Source: a virus | Taxonomy: Duplodnaviria > Caudoviricetes | Strand: one strand, 5' to 3' | Virus record (IMG/VR): IMGVR_UViG_3300029959_000704 | Coordinates: 1 to 64,000 of that record | Length of the DNA stretch: 64,000 bases | In this document: positions 10,099 to 19,923 of the stretch, one piece after another | Position numbering within the stretch: the first letter of the stretch is position 1 | Layout of the letters: each line of letters starts with the position of its first letter | Program-made: the position numbers and the translations under genes | Notes under the pieces: generated by a model | The model's database searches: none | What the model saw: only the letters and a program-made list of their open reading frames with translations | What the model was told of the DNA's origin: nothing

Positions 10099-12473
10099 TA
10101 TTTAGTAGTTGTTTTAGGTTTACTTTGAATTGCCTTTAATTTAAGGGCACTTTCAGTAGCTAATTTCTCCCGATCAAATGCAAGCCTTTCATTAAATTGT
10201 CTAATATTTTCCATAAGTTTAGCTTTTTCTGAAGGATCAATTTCTTCAATACCATCTTCTTGAGTTTCACTGGTTCCTTTAATATTAGCAATTAATAATT
10301 TGGTTTCATTATCTCTTATATTTCTAGCATCCTCTGCAGCCATTTTTTCATATTCAAATTCAAGTTTAGCTTGCTCTATTTGTTGTTTAGCTTGAAGTTC
10401 TGCTTGTTGATTTTGAGCATTTCTTTCTTGAATAAGTTGTTCATCTTTTTCAATAATTCTTTGAATCTCAGCCATAGAAGGTGTGGTAAGTACTTTAAGA
10501 ATTGAAGAGAATTGCATATTACCACTTTGAATAGCAGCGTGTGCAATTTCTTTTAATGTTCCTTCAAGATTTGAAGTTTCTGGTGAACCATCTACTACAA
10601 TGCCATAATCTGCTTCTGCAAATTCATCACCATCTATATCAACAATTTCTGAAGTACTATCTGATAAAATATATTGGAATTTCTTTGAACCTCCTTTTAA
10701 AGCTACTTTAGATGTTTCTAAGAGACATTCTAAAGCTCTCTTTTTTACGTCATCATGCACTGCAAATAAAGATCTTGTAATATGTGATGATTGAAGATTA
10801 GATCTTTCTACACCACCTACAGTTTCTCTATTAGAAATTTGACCTTCCCTTTGTTTTGATATACCTATGGCTTCAGACATTTCCATCTTGATAAGCTCAA
10901 GTAAATTGACGTGTTGTTGAATATAATTACCGGTTTCTGCATCAATGGCACCTGAGGATTGATTATTCATCATACCAGCAAGTTTACCAGTAGCTTGTCC
11001 TTTATTACCTTCTTTAAATGAGTCTGTTACAGCTATATGATTTATTTTAGCATAATGAAGCCACTTTTCAATGGTCCAACCTTTTGGTACAAGTGCTAAA
11101 TCTAACTTAAGAATTTTACCCCAGTTAGCAGCAATAGCTTTATTCAACCTATCATGAAGTACATCATATAAATAAGCAAATGGCTTCATATGATCTACAA
11201 GAGAGAATGGCTTAGAATCATTTAAATTATACATAGATCCTACAAAACCAAAATGACATCTTGATGGATTAGATAGTCTGTTATACTGTACTAATCTCGG
11301 ACGCATGTTAACATATACTTTTTGTCCTACCTTTGTACCTTCCCAAGCCTCATTCACCCAAAAGATTTGTTCTTCTTCACCAGCTTCTTCATTAATTCTA
11401 TAATTTTCACCATAAAATTCATAATTAGCTTCACCTGTTTCAGGATCATAAAATTTAACTTTCTTAATTTTACGACGACTTTTCCAATAAACTCTTAATA
11501 CTCTAATATTACCATTATTGTCAAAATAATTAGTACCAATGCCTGAAGTAGATTGTCCAAATAAAACAAAGTTATCAATCACTGCTCCAGCACCATTTTC
11601 AGAGGTATCTACATCAGCCATATTAATAAAACCATCTGTTTCACTTATATTATACATTTCAGTTTGTTCTGTAGTAGGGAGATTTTCAATATACTCCATG
11701 TCCTTTTTTGTAAGGACATCATAAAATGTATCAATAATTTTACCTGGAGACCAATAGTCTATATAGATTAACATATCTGCATCTTCAATCCTTGTTGAAT
11801 ACCCATTTCTAAATACATGGAGTTTCATAGGATTAACTCTTTCAAATGTAGGCTCCCCGCCTACTATATCACATTGATAAATTTCCTCTCCAACAATAAG
11901 AGCATCCATAAAACCTAAATTAAACTTAAGATTTACAGATAGTTCTTTTATATAATGATTTAATAAATAATTTGCACGCTGTTCTCTAAGATCTTGCCAT
12001 TCATAATTATAATGGTATTGGATTCGATCAATCTCTTTTTGCATCTCCTCTTCAGAAAGATTTTGATCTTCAACAAGTTGTTGTAAGTGTTGAAAGATAG
12101 CCTCCTTTTTATTCCTCTCTATCTCTGAGACAGCAGTAGGATTAGTTACAATAGCTCGGAAGTTATAGCGTCTTTCAAGTTCTTCACCTTGTAAAACTTT
12201 TAATTTTGAGTTAATTATAGGATAGTGTTGAATTTTGCTTGGTACATAACTGGCTTGAACTTGTTCTGGATTTAATACAAGAGCAACATCTTCCATATCA
12301 AGAATACCATTTACTAAATTATAATTAACCCTCTTACGAAGGATTGACTTTCTTACTGTATTATCATAAAAGAATGTACGCTTGTCAGCCCATTCTAAAT
12401 GACTTAATCTCCACTCTTTAGTTTTTTTACTAAATGGGAGTTGTTGAGGAGGAAGGTTTTTAAATGTTAACAT
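10098..12473 (-). CDS. Portal protein (crAss-like)
   Basis: 791 aa directly downstream of terL. Starts with PPQQLPFSKKTKEW and has an acidic coiled-coil C-terminus, as in crAss-type portals. Confidence 0.88.
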   Translation of the reverse strand: MLTFKNLPPQQLPFSKKTKEWRLSHLEWADKRTFFYDNTVRKSILRKRVNYNLVNGILDMEDVALVLNPEQVQASYVPSKIQHYPIINSKLKVLQGEELERRYNFRAIVTNPTAVSEIERNKKEAIFQHLQQLVEDQNLSEEEMQKEIDRIQYHYNYEWQDLREQRANYLLNHYIKELSVNLKFNLGFMDALIVGEEIYQCDIVGGEPTFERVNPMKLHVFRNGYSTRIEDADMLIYIDYWSPGKIIDTFYDVLTKKDMEYIENLPTTEQTEMYNISETDGFINMADVDTSENGAGAVIDNFVLFGQSTSGIGTNYFDNNGNIRVLRVYWKSRRKIKKVKFYDPETGEANYEFYGENYRINEEAGEEEQIFWVNEAWEGTKVGQKVYVNMRPRLVQYNRLSNPSRCHFGFVGSMYNLNDSKPFSLVDHMKPFAYLYDVLHDRLNKAIAANWGKILKLDLALVPKGWTIEKWLHYAKINHIAVTDSFKEGNKGQATGKLAGMMNNQSSGAIDAETGNYIQQHVNLLELIKMEMSEAIGISKQREGQISNRETVGGVERSNLQSSHITRSLFAVHDDVKKRALECLLETSKVALKGGSKKFQYILSDSTSEIVDIDGDEFAEADYGIVVDGSPETSNLEGTLKEIAHAAIQSGNMQFSSILKVLTTPSMAEIQRIIEKDEQLIQERNAQNQQAELQAKQQIEQAKLEFEYEKMAAEDARNIRDNETKLLIANIKGTSETQEDGIEEIDPSEKAKLMENIRQFNERLAFDREKLATESALKLKAIQSKPKTTTK

Positions 12474-12496
12474 ATTAATGCAATTTTATTTATTCG

Positions 12497-12504
12497 CAAA
12501 AATA
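12497..12504 (-). promoter_or_regulatory. Possible -7 promoter element for the portal gene
   Basis: TATTTTTG 23 nt upstream of the portal ATG; no clear -33 element. Confidence 0.35.
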
Positions 12505-12535
12505 ATAAATAATTACTATAAAGTAATCATTATTA

Positions 12536-14836
12536 TTAAGATTGTAATACTTGTTTACTCATTCTGTTATGATATGAGTCTGGTCTTTCTGAAATATAAT
12601 TGTTTTTAAAGAAGTCGTCATCACCTAAATAATCCGCATCTCTTTCAGCAGCTGCCTCAGAGGGACTTTGTACTCCAAGTAGTCTGAGTTTATCTTCTCT
12701 TAATAACATTAACATTCCTAAAGCGTCATGCCGGTCAAAGTTTCCATCAGGATTCCATAAAGAAAGTTCTCTTAATAAAGCTTTAAATGGTATAAAAGTA
12801 AGGTTTTTAACTACTATTTCTACATCATCTCCTTCTTCATCTACAGTCCAAGTACTGACTGGTTTTAATAACCAATCACGGATACTCCTTCTAGCATAAG
12901 CATTAATAGGATCAGTAGCATTAATACCTTTAGCTTTATTTCCATATAATTGTCCTTTAACCATATCTTTATCTCTAAGGAACTCTAATGTATCAGATAA
13001 TAAATATAATGCATTATGTTGACTGAAGTATTTAAATAATCCTTTCTTATTATTCTCATAATTACATTCAGCATTATAGAATAATAAAGCTCTTCTACAA
13101 TTTTCATAGAAATCATCTGCGAATGTTGGACGACCTACATATTCAAATACAAGCTTATCTGTCCATAAATCCAGTATATATAAGGCACCTAATGATAAAG
13201 TATTAGATGCATCATCGTCATATGGGTCAATACCGGCAATATATCTACCCCATGGTATTCTTCCATTTGAATCAGTTTGTGGCATATCACTTATACATAT
13301 AGAACCTTCTAATTTATTATCTTTATGAGGGAAATCTTTGATTAAATCTGAAATTCCATCTGGAGAAAATGTGATCTCTCCATTAGTAGCTTGTAATTTT
13401 CCAACCCACATGTTATCCCAGTGACTAGTATTAGAATCTATGTTATTAATAACATCAACAAGATCTGCTACTGGATATAAAGTACTATCTCTTCTCATAA
13501 TAGCTTCTTGTAGAGTAATCGGCATTTCAGCCTTTCTTCTAGTGATAGCCATTGGGTCCGAAGAGTTATATTTAATAATACTTCTCGCTTTAATTTCTGA
13601 TACTAAAGCTCCTACTACATCAGATACTCCATCTTTATTATAGAATCCTTTTCTATTTAAGTAAGCACCTAAGAATAGAATAGTTGTACTTTTACCTCTA
13701 GTATTCTTATCAAATACATTAGGCAATCCATATACATGATAACCTCGTGGGTTATAGAGTAACTCTAAGGCTCCTGAAAAGTCTGAACCCTCTGTTCCAC
13801 CGGTACCAATAGCTAGTCTTCTACCAAAAGAATAATCTCCCTCTCTTACGTTATATTCAGATGTAACCCAGGTCTCAAGGAATTTAGGGAATGATCCAAA
13901 CTCTTCATAAATAACTTCATGAGATCGTTTACCACGGACTTTATCTGGATTATCTCTAGCTGATAAACCAAGAATTTCATTTAGAGTCCCTTTCTCAATA
14001 CCTGATATTGCATCTACATAACCCATTTTCCAACTCATTTCACCTGGACTATTCTTAATCCTGGCTGATGGAAATTGTGTATTTTCTGCTAAGAAGTCAA
14101 TCATATTTATGAACTTATTTAAAATACCATCTTTATTAAGGTATTCCTTTTCATAAGCCACTACTAAACCTTTAACTTTTTTTCTAACTTTTTTAGACGC
14201 ACCTATAGTAAAGATTCTTGCTAATACAGAGGCCATATAGTATGATTTACCAACACCACGTCGTGCAATAGTTACAGCATCTTCTCCACCTTTAAAGTCA
14301 TTATAAATTCCTCCTTTCTTAGCTTGTTCCATATAATGTGCCCAAAAGTAAGTAGCTTCCCATACTTCAGGAAAGTCTTCCACACGATCGGCTTGTGAAG
14401 TATTACCAATAATTTCTGATAATAAGATTGGTGTATAATTCCAATAGAAATATAACTCACCTGGAATCCACTCTCCATCAGATTCTCTTACATATCCTTC
14501 CCAACATCTATTTAATTCTTGTTGTAAGAACCTACCATATTCACTATTAGGATTTCCATTAGGCCTAAGATTAGTATACATACCATGCTTCTTAAAGAAA
14601 TTACCGGCAGGTCTGAAGTAATCCATATCTTCAAGTAAGTGTGGCTTACAGATATCAACTATAATCCTACCTTTAGAATCTCTTTCAAGGTCTTTAGCAC
14701 GAGGTCTCTCTTTAGCTATACAGCGTTTAATAAATTCTACATTATTGATATAGTCATAAAAAGAGTCTTGCTCCTCTTTGGTAAGAGAAGCAATTAACTC
14801 ATCAGTTATAGGAGTTTGAAATTCATTTAATTCCAT
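12536..14836 (-). CDS. terL: Terminase large subunit
   Basis: Walker A ARRGVGKS, Walker B IYEEFG, and RNase H-like nuclease motifs AGIDPYD and FDRHDA; adjacent to the portal. Confidence 0.93.
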   Translation of the reverse strand: MELNEFQTPITDELIASLTKEEQDSFYDYINNVEFIKRCIAKERPRAKDLERDSKGRIIVDICKPHLLEDMDYFRPAGNFFKKHGMYTNLRPNGNPNSEYGRFLQQELNRCWEGYVRESDGEWIPGELYFYWNYTPILLSEIIGNTSQADRVEDFPEVWEATYFWAHYMEQAKKGGIYNDFKGGEDAVTIARRGVGKSYYMASVLARIFTIGASKKVRKKVKGLVVAYEKEYLNKDGILNKFINMIDFLAENTQFPSARIKNSPGEMSWKMGYVDAISGIEKGTLNEILGLSARDNPDKVRGKRSHEVIYEEFGSFPKFLETWVTSEYNVREGDYSFGRRLAIGTGGTEGSDFSGALELLYNPRGYHVYGLPNVFDKNTRGKSTTILFLGAYLNRKGFYNKDGVSDVVGALVSEIKARSIIKYNSSDPMAITRRKAEMPITLQEAIMRRDSTLYPVADLVDVINNIDSNTSHWDNMWVGKLQATNGEITFSPDGISDLIKDFPHKDNKLEGSICISDMPQTDSNGRIPWGRYIAGIDPYDDDASNTLSLGALYILDLWTDKLVFEYVGRPTFADDFYENCRRALLFYNAECNYENNKKGLFKYFSQHNALYLLSDTLEFLRDKDMVKGQLYGNKAKGINATDPINAYARRSIRDWLLKPVSTWTVDEEGDDVEIVVKNLTFIPFKALLRELSLWNPDGNFDRHDALGMLMLLREDKLRLLGVQSPSEAAAERDADYLGDDDFFKNNYISERPDSYHNRMSKQVLQS

Positions 14837-14838
14837 AA

Positions 14839-15411
14839 TTATTCTTCATCTGTTATAAATGTGTCAAATCCATCTTCAAGAACTTTTTTGGCTTTATTAG
14901 CTCTCATCTTTCCAGCCTCTTCAATTTCTTGGATAATTAATCTTTCTGCTGCAGCAATCTCTTTAATAAGTTTTGGAATATCTTTAGCAGCTGATATCAC
15001 TGAGTTTATTGTATACTTAGGCCTTCCTTTATCATCTGTTGCTCCTAAATCCATAGTTTCAAAAAACTTTTTGGTCTTATCAATAGCTGATCTTAACCCT
15101 TTAAGCAATTCTGAATATGTAGTTCTAGTAAGTATTTGATAAACTTCAATTGCAACTTTAACAAGTTCATCTGGTTTCCAATCTTTTGGAAGTCCTTCTT
15201 GCTTGATAATTAAAGCACTTCTTTCAGCATCTTCTACTATATAACTATAATCACTCCTTGGATCATACATAAAGTAGATGTATGCTAATTCAAGCATAGC
15301 TATTTCTTTTGTTGGAGTTTTATCTCTCTCTACAATATCCCGGAAAGCCTTTATTGCAAATGCTTCAGGAGATATATCAAGTTTATAACCTTCATATATA
15401 AATAGTTTCAT
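14839..15411 (-). CDS. Conserved helical protein upstream of terL (terminase small subunit candidate)
   Basis: 190 aa, predicted helical, 2 nt from the terL start. The function is a positional inference only. Confidence 0.45.
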   Translation of the reverse strand: MKLFIYEGYKLDISPEAFAIKAFRDIVERDKTPTKEIAMLELAYIYFMYDPRSDYSYIVEDAERSALIIKQEGLPKDWKPDELVKVAIEVYQILTRTTYSELLKGLRSAIDKTKKFFETMDLGATDDKGRPKYTINSVISAAKDIPKLIKEIAAAERLIIQEIEEAGKMRANKAKKVLEDGFDTFITDEE

Positions 15412-15412
15412 A

Positions 15413-15862
15413 TTAATTAAGTATTAACTTTGATTTCATTGGTACAGTTGCTAGTCCTGATAGGTTAACTTCTATTTCAATCTCTTCAAAATCTCTTACG
15501 ATAAATTCAACATCTCCCTCATCAATAAATAGCATTTCCTGACTTTCTATCTTTATCATAGGTACTTCATAAGATAGAATAGCATTATAGTTCTCATCCA
15601 TATCTGCAGCAGTAGAATTCTTATGGTATTTTGTTTTTCCATATCTACTTAAGTTAAGAGATACTTTATCTCCTGGTTTCACAAATCTTACAGATGTTCC
15701 TATTTCAACTATAGTCTGTATATCTTTTAGACTTCCTGCTTTTTTAGGATCAATAAGACCATTAGCGTCTACTGAATCTGCTTCATTATATCTATCTGAT
15801 GTAGTAATGATTCTTGTGAATAGAGGTGATACTCCTTTAATTATTAGTTTCTTTGTTTTCAT
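15413..15862 (-). CDS. GroES/Cpn10-like co-chaperonin
   Basis: PLFTRIIT, GLID, IVEIG, VKPGDKV and LFIDEGDVEFIV parallel the GroES motif order. Confidence 0.7.
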   Translation of the reverse strand: MKTKKLIIKGVSPLFTRIITTSDRYNEADSVDANGLIDPKKAGSLKDIQTIVEIGTSVRFVKPGDKVSLNLSRYGKTKYHKNSTAADMDENYNAILSYEVPMIKIESQEMLFIDEGDVEFIVRDFEEIEIEVNLSGLATVPMKSKLILN

Positions 15863-16127
15863 TCTTCTTATTTATATTTTCTTTTTTTATTCTTGTATGT
15901 ACTACTCTATTCCAATTAGAATAGAATTTACCTAGGAAAGGTACATTAATACTTACACGATATTTTTCTAAATCTTCGGGAGTCTTCAACTCCTCAAAAG
16001 GTATGTTTGCAAATACCTCTCTACTAAACTGGAAGAAGCTTCTGTAAGCAACTAATACAACCTCTTTTGGTATATTTAATTCCTTAGAAACTTCTCCAGC
16101 TATTTTGTCAAGATTCTTATTAAGCAT
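15837..16127 (-). CDS. IHF/HU-like DNA-binding protein
   Basis: Pattern IAGEVSKELNIPKEVV...INVPFLGKF matches the HU/IHF fold. Confidence 0.7.
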   Translation of the reverse strand: MLNKNLDKIAGEVSKELNIPKEVVLVAYRSFFQFSREVFANIPFEELKTPEDLEKYRVSINVPFLGKFYSNWNRVVHTRIKKENINKKNENKETNN

Positions 16128-16129
16128 CT

Positions 16130-16531
16130 TTAATCAAATTCAAATAAAAAGACCAGCTTATAACTAGTAGCATCACCCTTTAAATTAGGAATGTACTTCT
16201 TGTCGATCCTGTTATTAACAATTATCCCAGCCTTTTTAAGCTTTGTAACTATCACATGAAAGTGTGTAGCTGATAAGTTTAACTCTTCTCTTATTTGTTT
16301 TCTGATCTCAGTACCTAATAAAGTTTGGTCAAGTAGATTACTATCAATAATACTCTTTGATAGTTCTAATCTTTTCTGTAGAAAAGCAGCTAAAACCTCT
16401 ATTTCTTTAGAGGTGAGCTTATGCATTGGTCTCATAAGCTCTAACCATATTCTAAAGAAGTTCTTCCGCTTGTCTCTTAAATTAGTAGGAACCCTAGCTA
16501 TATTTAAGTTACCATTGTCAGAAAGTTTCAT
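16130..16531 (-). CDS. Winged helix-turn-helix protein
   Basis: LTSKEIEVLAAF...IREELNLSATHFHVIVTKLKKAGII. Confidence 0.6.
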   Translation of the reverse strand: MKLSDNGNLNIARVPTNLRDKRKNFFRIWLELMRPMHKLTSKEIEVLAAFLQKRLELSKSIIDSNLLDQTLLGTEIRKQIREELNLSATHFHVIVTKLKKAGIIVNNRIDKKYIPNLKGDATSYKLVFLFEFD

Positions 16532-16534
16532 GAT

Positions 16535-16861
16535 TTACTCTTGTTTAGCAGGTTCAGCTGCCGGCTCTGGTTTAGTTTCTACAGGTTGCAATGCTTCTTG
16601 CACAAGCTCAATCATTTGATTTACAAATGCTTCATGGAACTTATCTGAATGTTCCAGTACTTTAAAAGCAAATCCAAGTACTTGAATCCTCTCACCTCTT
16701 GCAAGTTCTTGCATTTGATTTTGCATTTGTTGCATTCTTTGAGCATACATTTGAGTTTGTTGGTGTAGCTCATTAGCTACCTGAGTAAGTTCTTCATAAC
16801 TCAGTTTCTTTTGCTGTGGTTGTTCCGCTTGTTTAGGAACAAATTTTTTACTATCTCCCAT
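16535..16861 (-). CDS. Hypothetical coiled-coil protein
   Basis: 108 aa, Gln-rich heptads, tight spacing within the operon. Confidence 0.65.
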   Translation of the reverse strand: MGDSKKFVPKQAEQPQQKKLSYEELTQVANELHQQTQMYAQRMQQMQNQMQELARGERIQVLGFAFKVLEHSDKFHEAFVNQMIELVQEALQPVETKPEPAAEPAKQE

Positions 16862-17111
16862 GCTTTGTTTGTTTTTTAGTTAAGTAAGAATGGCCATATC
16901 TAGCTTGATATAATTTATCCCATTCCTGTATATTAGCTCTCTCTATATCTGCAGAACAACAACTATCACAAAAGTAAAGGTCTTCTTCAGTAGATCTTAT
17001 CCTTAAAGATAGACAATCTGCACAATAATACACGTCAATTGAGTTTATCTCTTCTTGAGAATATTCTTTCTTATCCGGAAGATGACTCTCTTCATTTGCG
17101 ATCTTTGTCAT
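16851..17111 (-). CDS. Small Zn-binding protein
   Basis: CADC and CDSC pairs. Confidence 0.65.
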   Translation of the reverse strand: MTKIANEESHLPDKKEYSQEEINSIDVYYCADCLSLRIRSTEEDLYFCDSCCSADIERANIQEWDKLYQARYGHSYLTKKQTKHGR

Positions 17112-17123
17112 ACTGTATTAGTT

Positions 17124-17573
17124 TTAATTAATTGGTATTCCTAAATATTCCATCCTACATTCCAATATTGTTAAGTAGGATTCCATGTAAGAACATTGTT
17201 TTCTTAAAAACTCTTGTTCTGTAAGATCTATTGCATCAAATACTTCTCTTGTATCCATAAAGATTTTGAGTTTTTCAAGTTTGTTTTTAAGTTCAAAATG
17301 TTCAGTTTTTAACCTATCTTTAAAAGTCTCTTCAGTCTTGAATTGTTTTAAATGATCTTTCCTACTAATAAAGATAGCATTATGGTCCATTACTAGTTCT
17401 TTTGCATCTAATTCAATGTGTCTAAAAGGAAACCATTTGGTGTCTCCATTTTCGAATGTGACTTTATATCCAAATGCTTTGCTAGGATCACTAGAAAAAT
17501 AATTTGCATCTTTTGCATCTTCTATTCCAGTAGTTTCAACTTTTTTAACCTTTAATGCGATATACTCTTGCAT
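17124..17573 (-). CDS. Hypothetical protein with crAss001_48-like C-terminal domain
   Basis: TFKDRLKTEHFELKNKLEKL...LRKQCSYMESYLTILECR resembles that family (from recollection, not searched). Confidence 0.55.
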   Translation of the reverse strand: MQEYIALKVKKVETTGIEDAKDANYFSSDPSKAFGYKVTFENGDTKWFPFRHIELDAKELVMDHNAIFISRKDHLKQFKTEETFKDRLKTEHFELKNKLEKLKIFMDTREVFDAIDLTEQEFLRKQCSYMESYLTILECRMEYLGIPIN

Positions 17574-17590
17574 AATAATTAGTTTTTAAT

Positions 17591-17665
17591 TGGTAGCGGG
17601 GAGAGGATTTGAACCCCTGAACTTGGGATTATGAGTCCCATATGTTACCACTACACCACCCCGCT
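17591..17665 (-). tRNA. tRNA with CAT anticodon (Met; Ile2 not excluded)
   Basis: Acceptor AGCGGGG/CCCCGCT, anticodon arm TGGGA-CTCATAA-TCCCA, T loop TTCAAAT, encoded CCA. Confidence 0.92.
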
Positions 17666-17680
17666 GTTTTAAATTCAATA

Positions 17681-17712
17681 CAAAGATATGCTAAAAATAA
17701 TTACTATCCAAA
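17681..17712 (-). promoter_or_regulatory. Bacteroidota consensus promoter driving the tRNA and the morphogenesis operon
   Basis: TTTG (17712-17709), 20-nt spacer, TATCTTTG (17688-17681). Confidence 0.8.
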
Positions 17713-17884
17713 TTTTTAGTAATAATTTTTAGTTTTTTATTAAGTATATAGGTTAAATGAATAGAAATACAGATGTATAACCTATGGTATCATAAGTTAT
17801 ACTTATTTAAATATCAATACTTTAGAATGATTTATACTTACTATAGAATTATTAGTTAAGTATAAGAGATAATTAATTATATAA

Positions 17885-18136
17885 AAGTACCCTAGAGGCT
17901 CTCACTCTTCTCACCATTTTAATGTGTGGTTTCACTTTAGAAAAGGACTTCACGTCTCTATTAGTATTCCCTATTAAATAGGGCCCCTTCACTAGTATTC
18001 CCCTTTGCGATGATACGCTCTAGCCTAGAGGGTTTATTCTCCTTTTCCTAAAGATGATCTTTAATTGGGTAATTATCAACCACCTATCATAATTCCAAGC
18101 CTTTTACCTTACTAGAGTAGTACCTGGATGAATGAC
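17885..18136 (-). ncRNA. Candidate ~250-nt structured ncRNA with its own promoter
   Basis: No ORF of 60 aa or more; less AT-rich than the flanks; long-range stem 17936-17948/18040-18053; hairpins at 17969-17983 and 18018-18030; begins just downstream of a perfect promoter. Confidence 0.5.
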
Positions 18137-18141
18137 GGTGG

Positions 18142-18173
18142 CAAATATAGGTATAAAAAATTTATAAACCAAA
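18142..18173 (-). promoter_or_regulatory. Bacteroidota consensus promoter
   Basis: TTTG (18173-18170), 20-nt spacer, TATATTTG (18149-18142). Confidence 0.78.
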
Positions 18174-18324
18174 TGATGTTTTTTCTAAAAAAATTTTTTA
18201 TAAAAAAAATTTGAAAAAGTTTTTGTTGTCATAAGCGTTGGATACCTAACCAACCACCCCCCACTTAATTGTGGCGAGGGGGAGGTCCCCCCTTGTTATT
18301 ATTAACTCTTAACAATTACAGATC

Positions 18325-18627
18325 ATGGCAACAACAGCTACTTTCAAACCTAATTCTACCGTTACAGTAGACGCTCTCAAAATTCAGGAAGGATTCAGTG
18401 CTTCTGAAAAAGCACTTGACATCATTCAGAACCCTAAGACTGGTAAGGTATTCTTCCAGGTTGGCTCAGTTAGAGGAGCTGTCACTTCAAAACTGACACC
18501 TCAGCAACTTGCAGCAACATATGCAGAAAATCCTCGCCTTGTTTGTGTGAGCGTGCTCTCAACAGCAGACGGTGACATTCCGGTTCTCCACAAACGTGGT
18601 GAAAACAATGTTATGGTTACATTCTAA
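18325..18627 (+). CDS. First gene of the plus-strand block; small beta-rich protein, paralog of 22800..23084
   Basis: 100 aa followed by a strong terminator. Shares T.D.(L/I)K..EG, G.VT and VLH....EN.(V/I)..F with 22800..23084. Confidence 0.8.
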   Translation: MATTATFKPNSTVTVDALKIQEGFSASEKALDIIQNPKTGKVFFQVGSVRGAVTSKLTPQQLAATYAENPRLVCVSVLSTADGDIPVLHKRGENNVMVTF

Positions 18628-18638
18628 CCATACAGACC

Positions 18639-18662
18639 AAAGGGGCTTCGGCCCCTTTTTTT
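18639..18662 (+). terminator. Intrinsic terminator
   Basis: AAAGGGGC-TTCG-GCCCCTTT followed by a T run. Confidence 0.92.
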
Positions 18663-19099
18663 AACCTATTGTTTATTTAAGAATTACCATTCAAGAATTA
18701 CAATAGATTATATAAGTATTCCCTATCTATTTATTTAAGTAGATAGAGAGTATTATCTTAGTAGAACAGTTGTGATAAACTCTTCTATTTAACACCTATT
18801 TAATAATATTATATTGAAGGTACAATTTTGTTAAATTTCATTAGGTGTTATTCAATGATTAGAATTCATTGTTATTAAGTCGTCCATATGTATTAATTAA
18901 CTATAGTATTTCGAACATATTAATAGCATGGTTAATATATATGGATTGACTTAATTTATTGTTGATCAATTAATTACTTAAAGAGTTAATGATTGAAAGA
19001 GTTAGATAATAACAAACCTCACCCTTTCACCTATTTTACAGATGACCCCAATTTTACAAGTTAACTATTATTTATAACAATATAATCCCATTAGGTATT

Positions 19100-19513
19100 A
19101 TGATAACATTAACAAAAGAACTTCAACTAATTATTATTAGGGAAGCTATTCGTTTACTAAAAGAGAAAATTGCTGATAAAGAAGGTGCTTATAGTCTATG
19201 TAATATATTAGATGAAGTCTTTTTTACAATAAGGTTCTCTCGTACTTATTCAGAGTGGAAAGAAGAGATGAATTCTTTTGCAGAATACCTTCTGGATAAC
19301 TCTATTGTTCCCTGGGGAGCCGAAATAAACAAAGCTGGTAGACATTCCATTGAATTATTTAATTATGAGAATGCTAATAAATTCATTAAAGATGCTAACC
19401 TTCCTGTATATCTGTTCTCAAATAAACTAGGATATTGGTTTTGGGCAGATGATTATAAATCCAGAATATTATTCTTAGAGTATATACAGTCTAAACTTAG
19501 AGAGCAATTATAA
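19100..19513 (+). CDS. Hypothetical protein, paralog family A (copy 1)
   Basis: TL.KELQL.II.EAI.LL, SLC, SI.LFNYE.A and WF...R..FL motifs shared with its neighbours. Confidence 0.8.
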   Translation: MITLTKELQLIIIREAIRLLKEKIADKEGAYSLCNILDEVFFTIRFSRTYSEWKEEMNSFAEYLLDNSIVPWGAEINKAGRHSIELFNYENANKFIKDANLPVYLFSNKLGYWFWADDYKSRILFLEYIQSKLREQL

Positions 19514-19514
19514 C

Positions 19515-19919
19515 ATGAAAACACTTCCAAAAGAAATTCAGCTTCTTATAATTAAAGAAGCAATTAGACTCTTGAATGAGGCTATTCTTGATAAAGATGA
19601 TCACTTTAGTCTATGTAGAATATTTGATGATGCTTTTAATAATGTTAGATACGATAATGGAGGTATTGTCTATAATGCATTGACTGATTTTAGAAATGAT
19701 TTAGTAGGAACTACATTAAATGAAATACAAGCGATAAAACATTCAGGTAGATATTCAGTTCCATTATTAAATTATGAAGAAGCATTAAATTTCTTAATAG
19801 ACAATAATCTTCCTAAACATGATAATGCTTCTAGAGCAGGTTTTTGGTTTAAGAAAGATGATTATATGATAAGAATGCAATTCCTACAACATATTAAATA
19901 TAAACTTATTATTCAATAA
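19515..19919 (+). CDS. Hypothetical protein, paralog family A (copy 2)
   Basis: Same motifs as copy 1. Confidence 0.8.
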   Translation: MKTLPKEIQLLIIKEAIRLLNEAILDKDDHFSLCRIFDDAFNNVRYDNGGIVYNALTDFRNDLVGTTLNEIQAIKHSGRYSVPLLNYEEALNFLIDNNLPKHDNASRAGFWFKKDDYMIRMQFLQHIKYKLIIQ

Positions 19920-19923
19920 TACT

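Noticed and set aside
1335-14478. Short ORF-track calls overlapping structural genes (1335, 2763, 6769, 7522, 9914, 11539, 13440, 14272)
   Set aside because: They are antisense or off-frame shadows of long, well-supported CDSs and carry no motifs.
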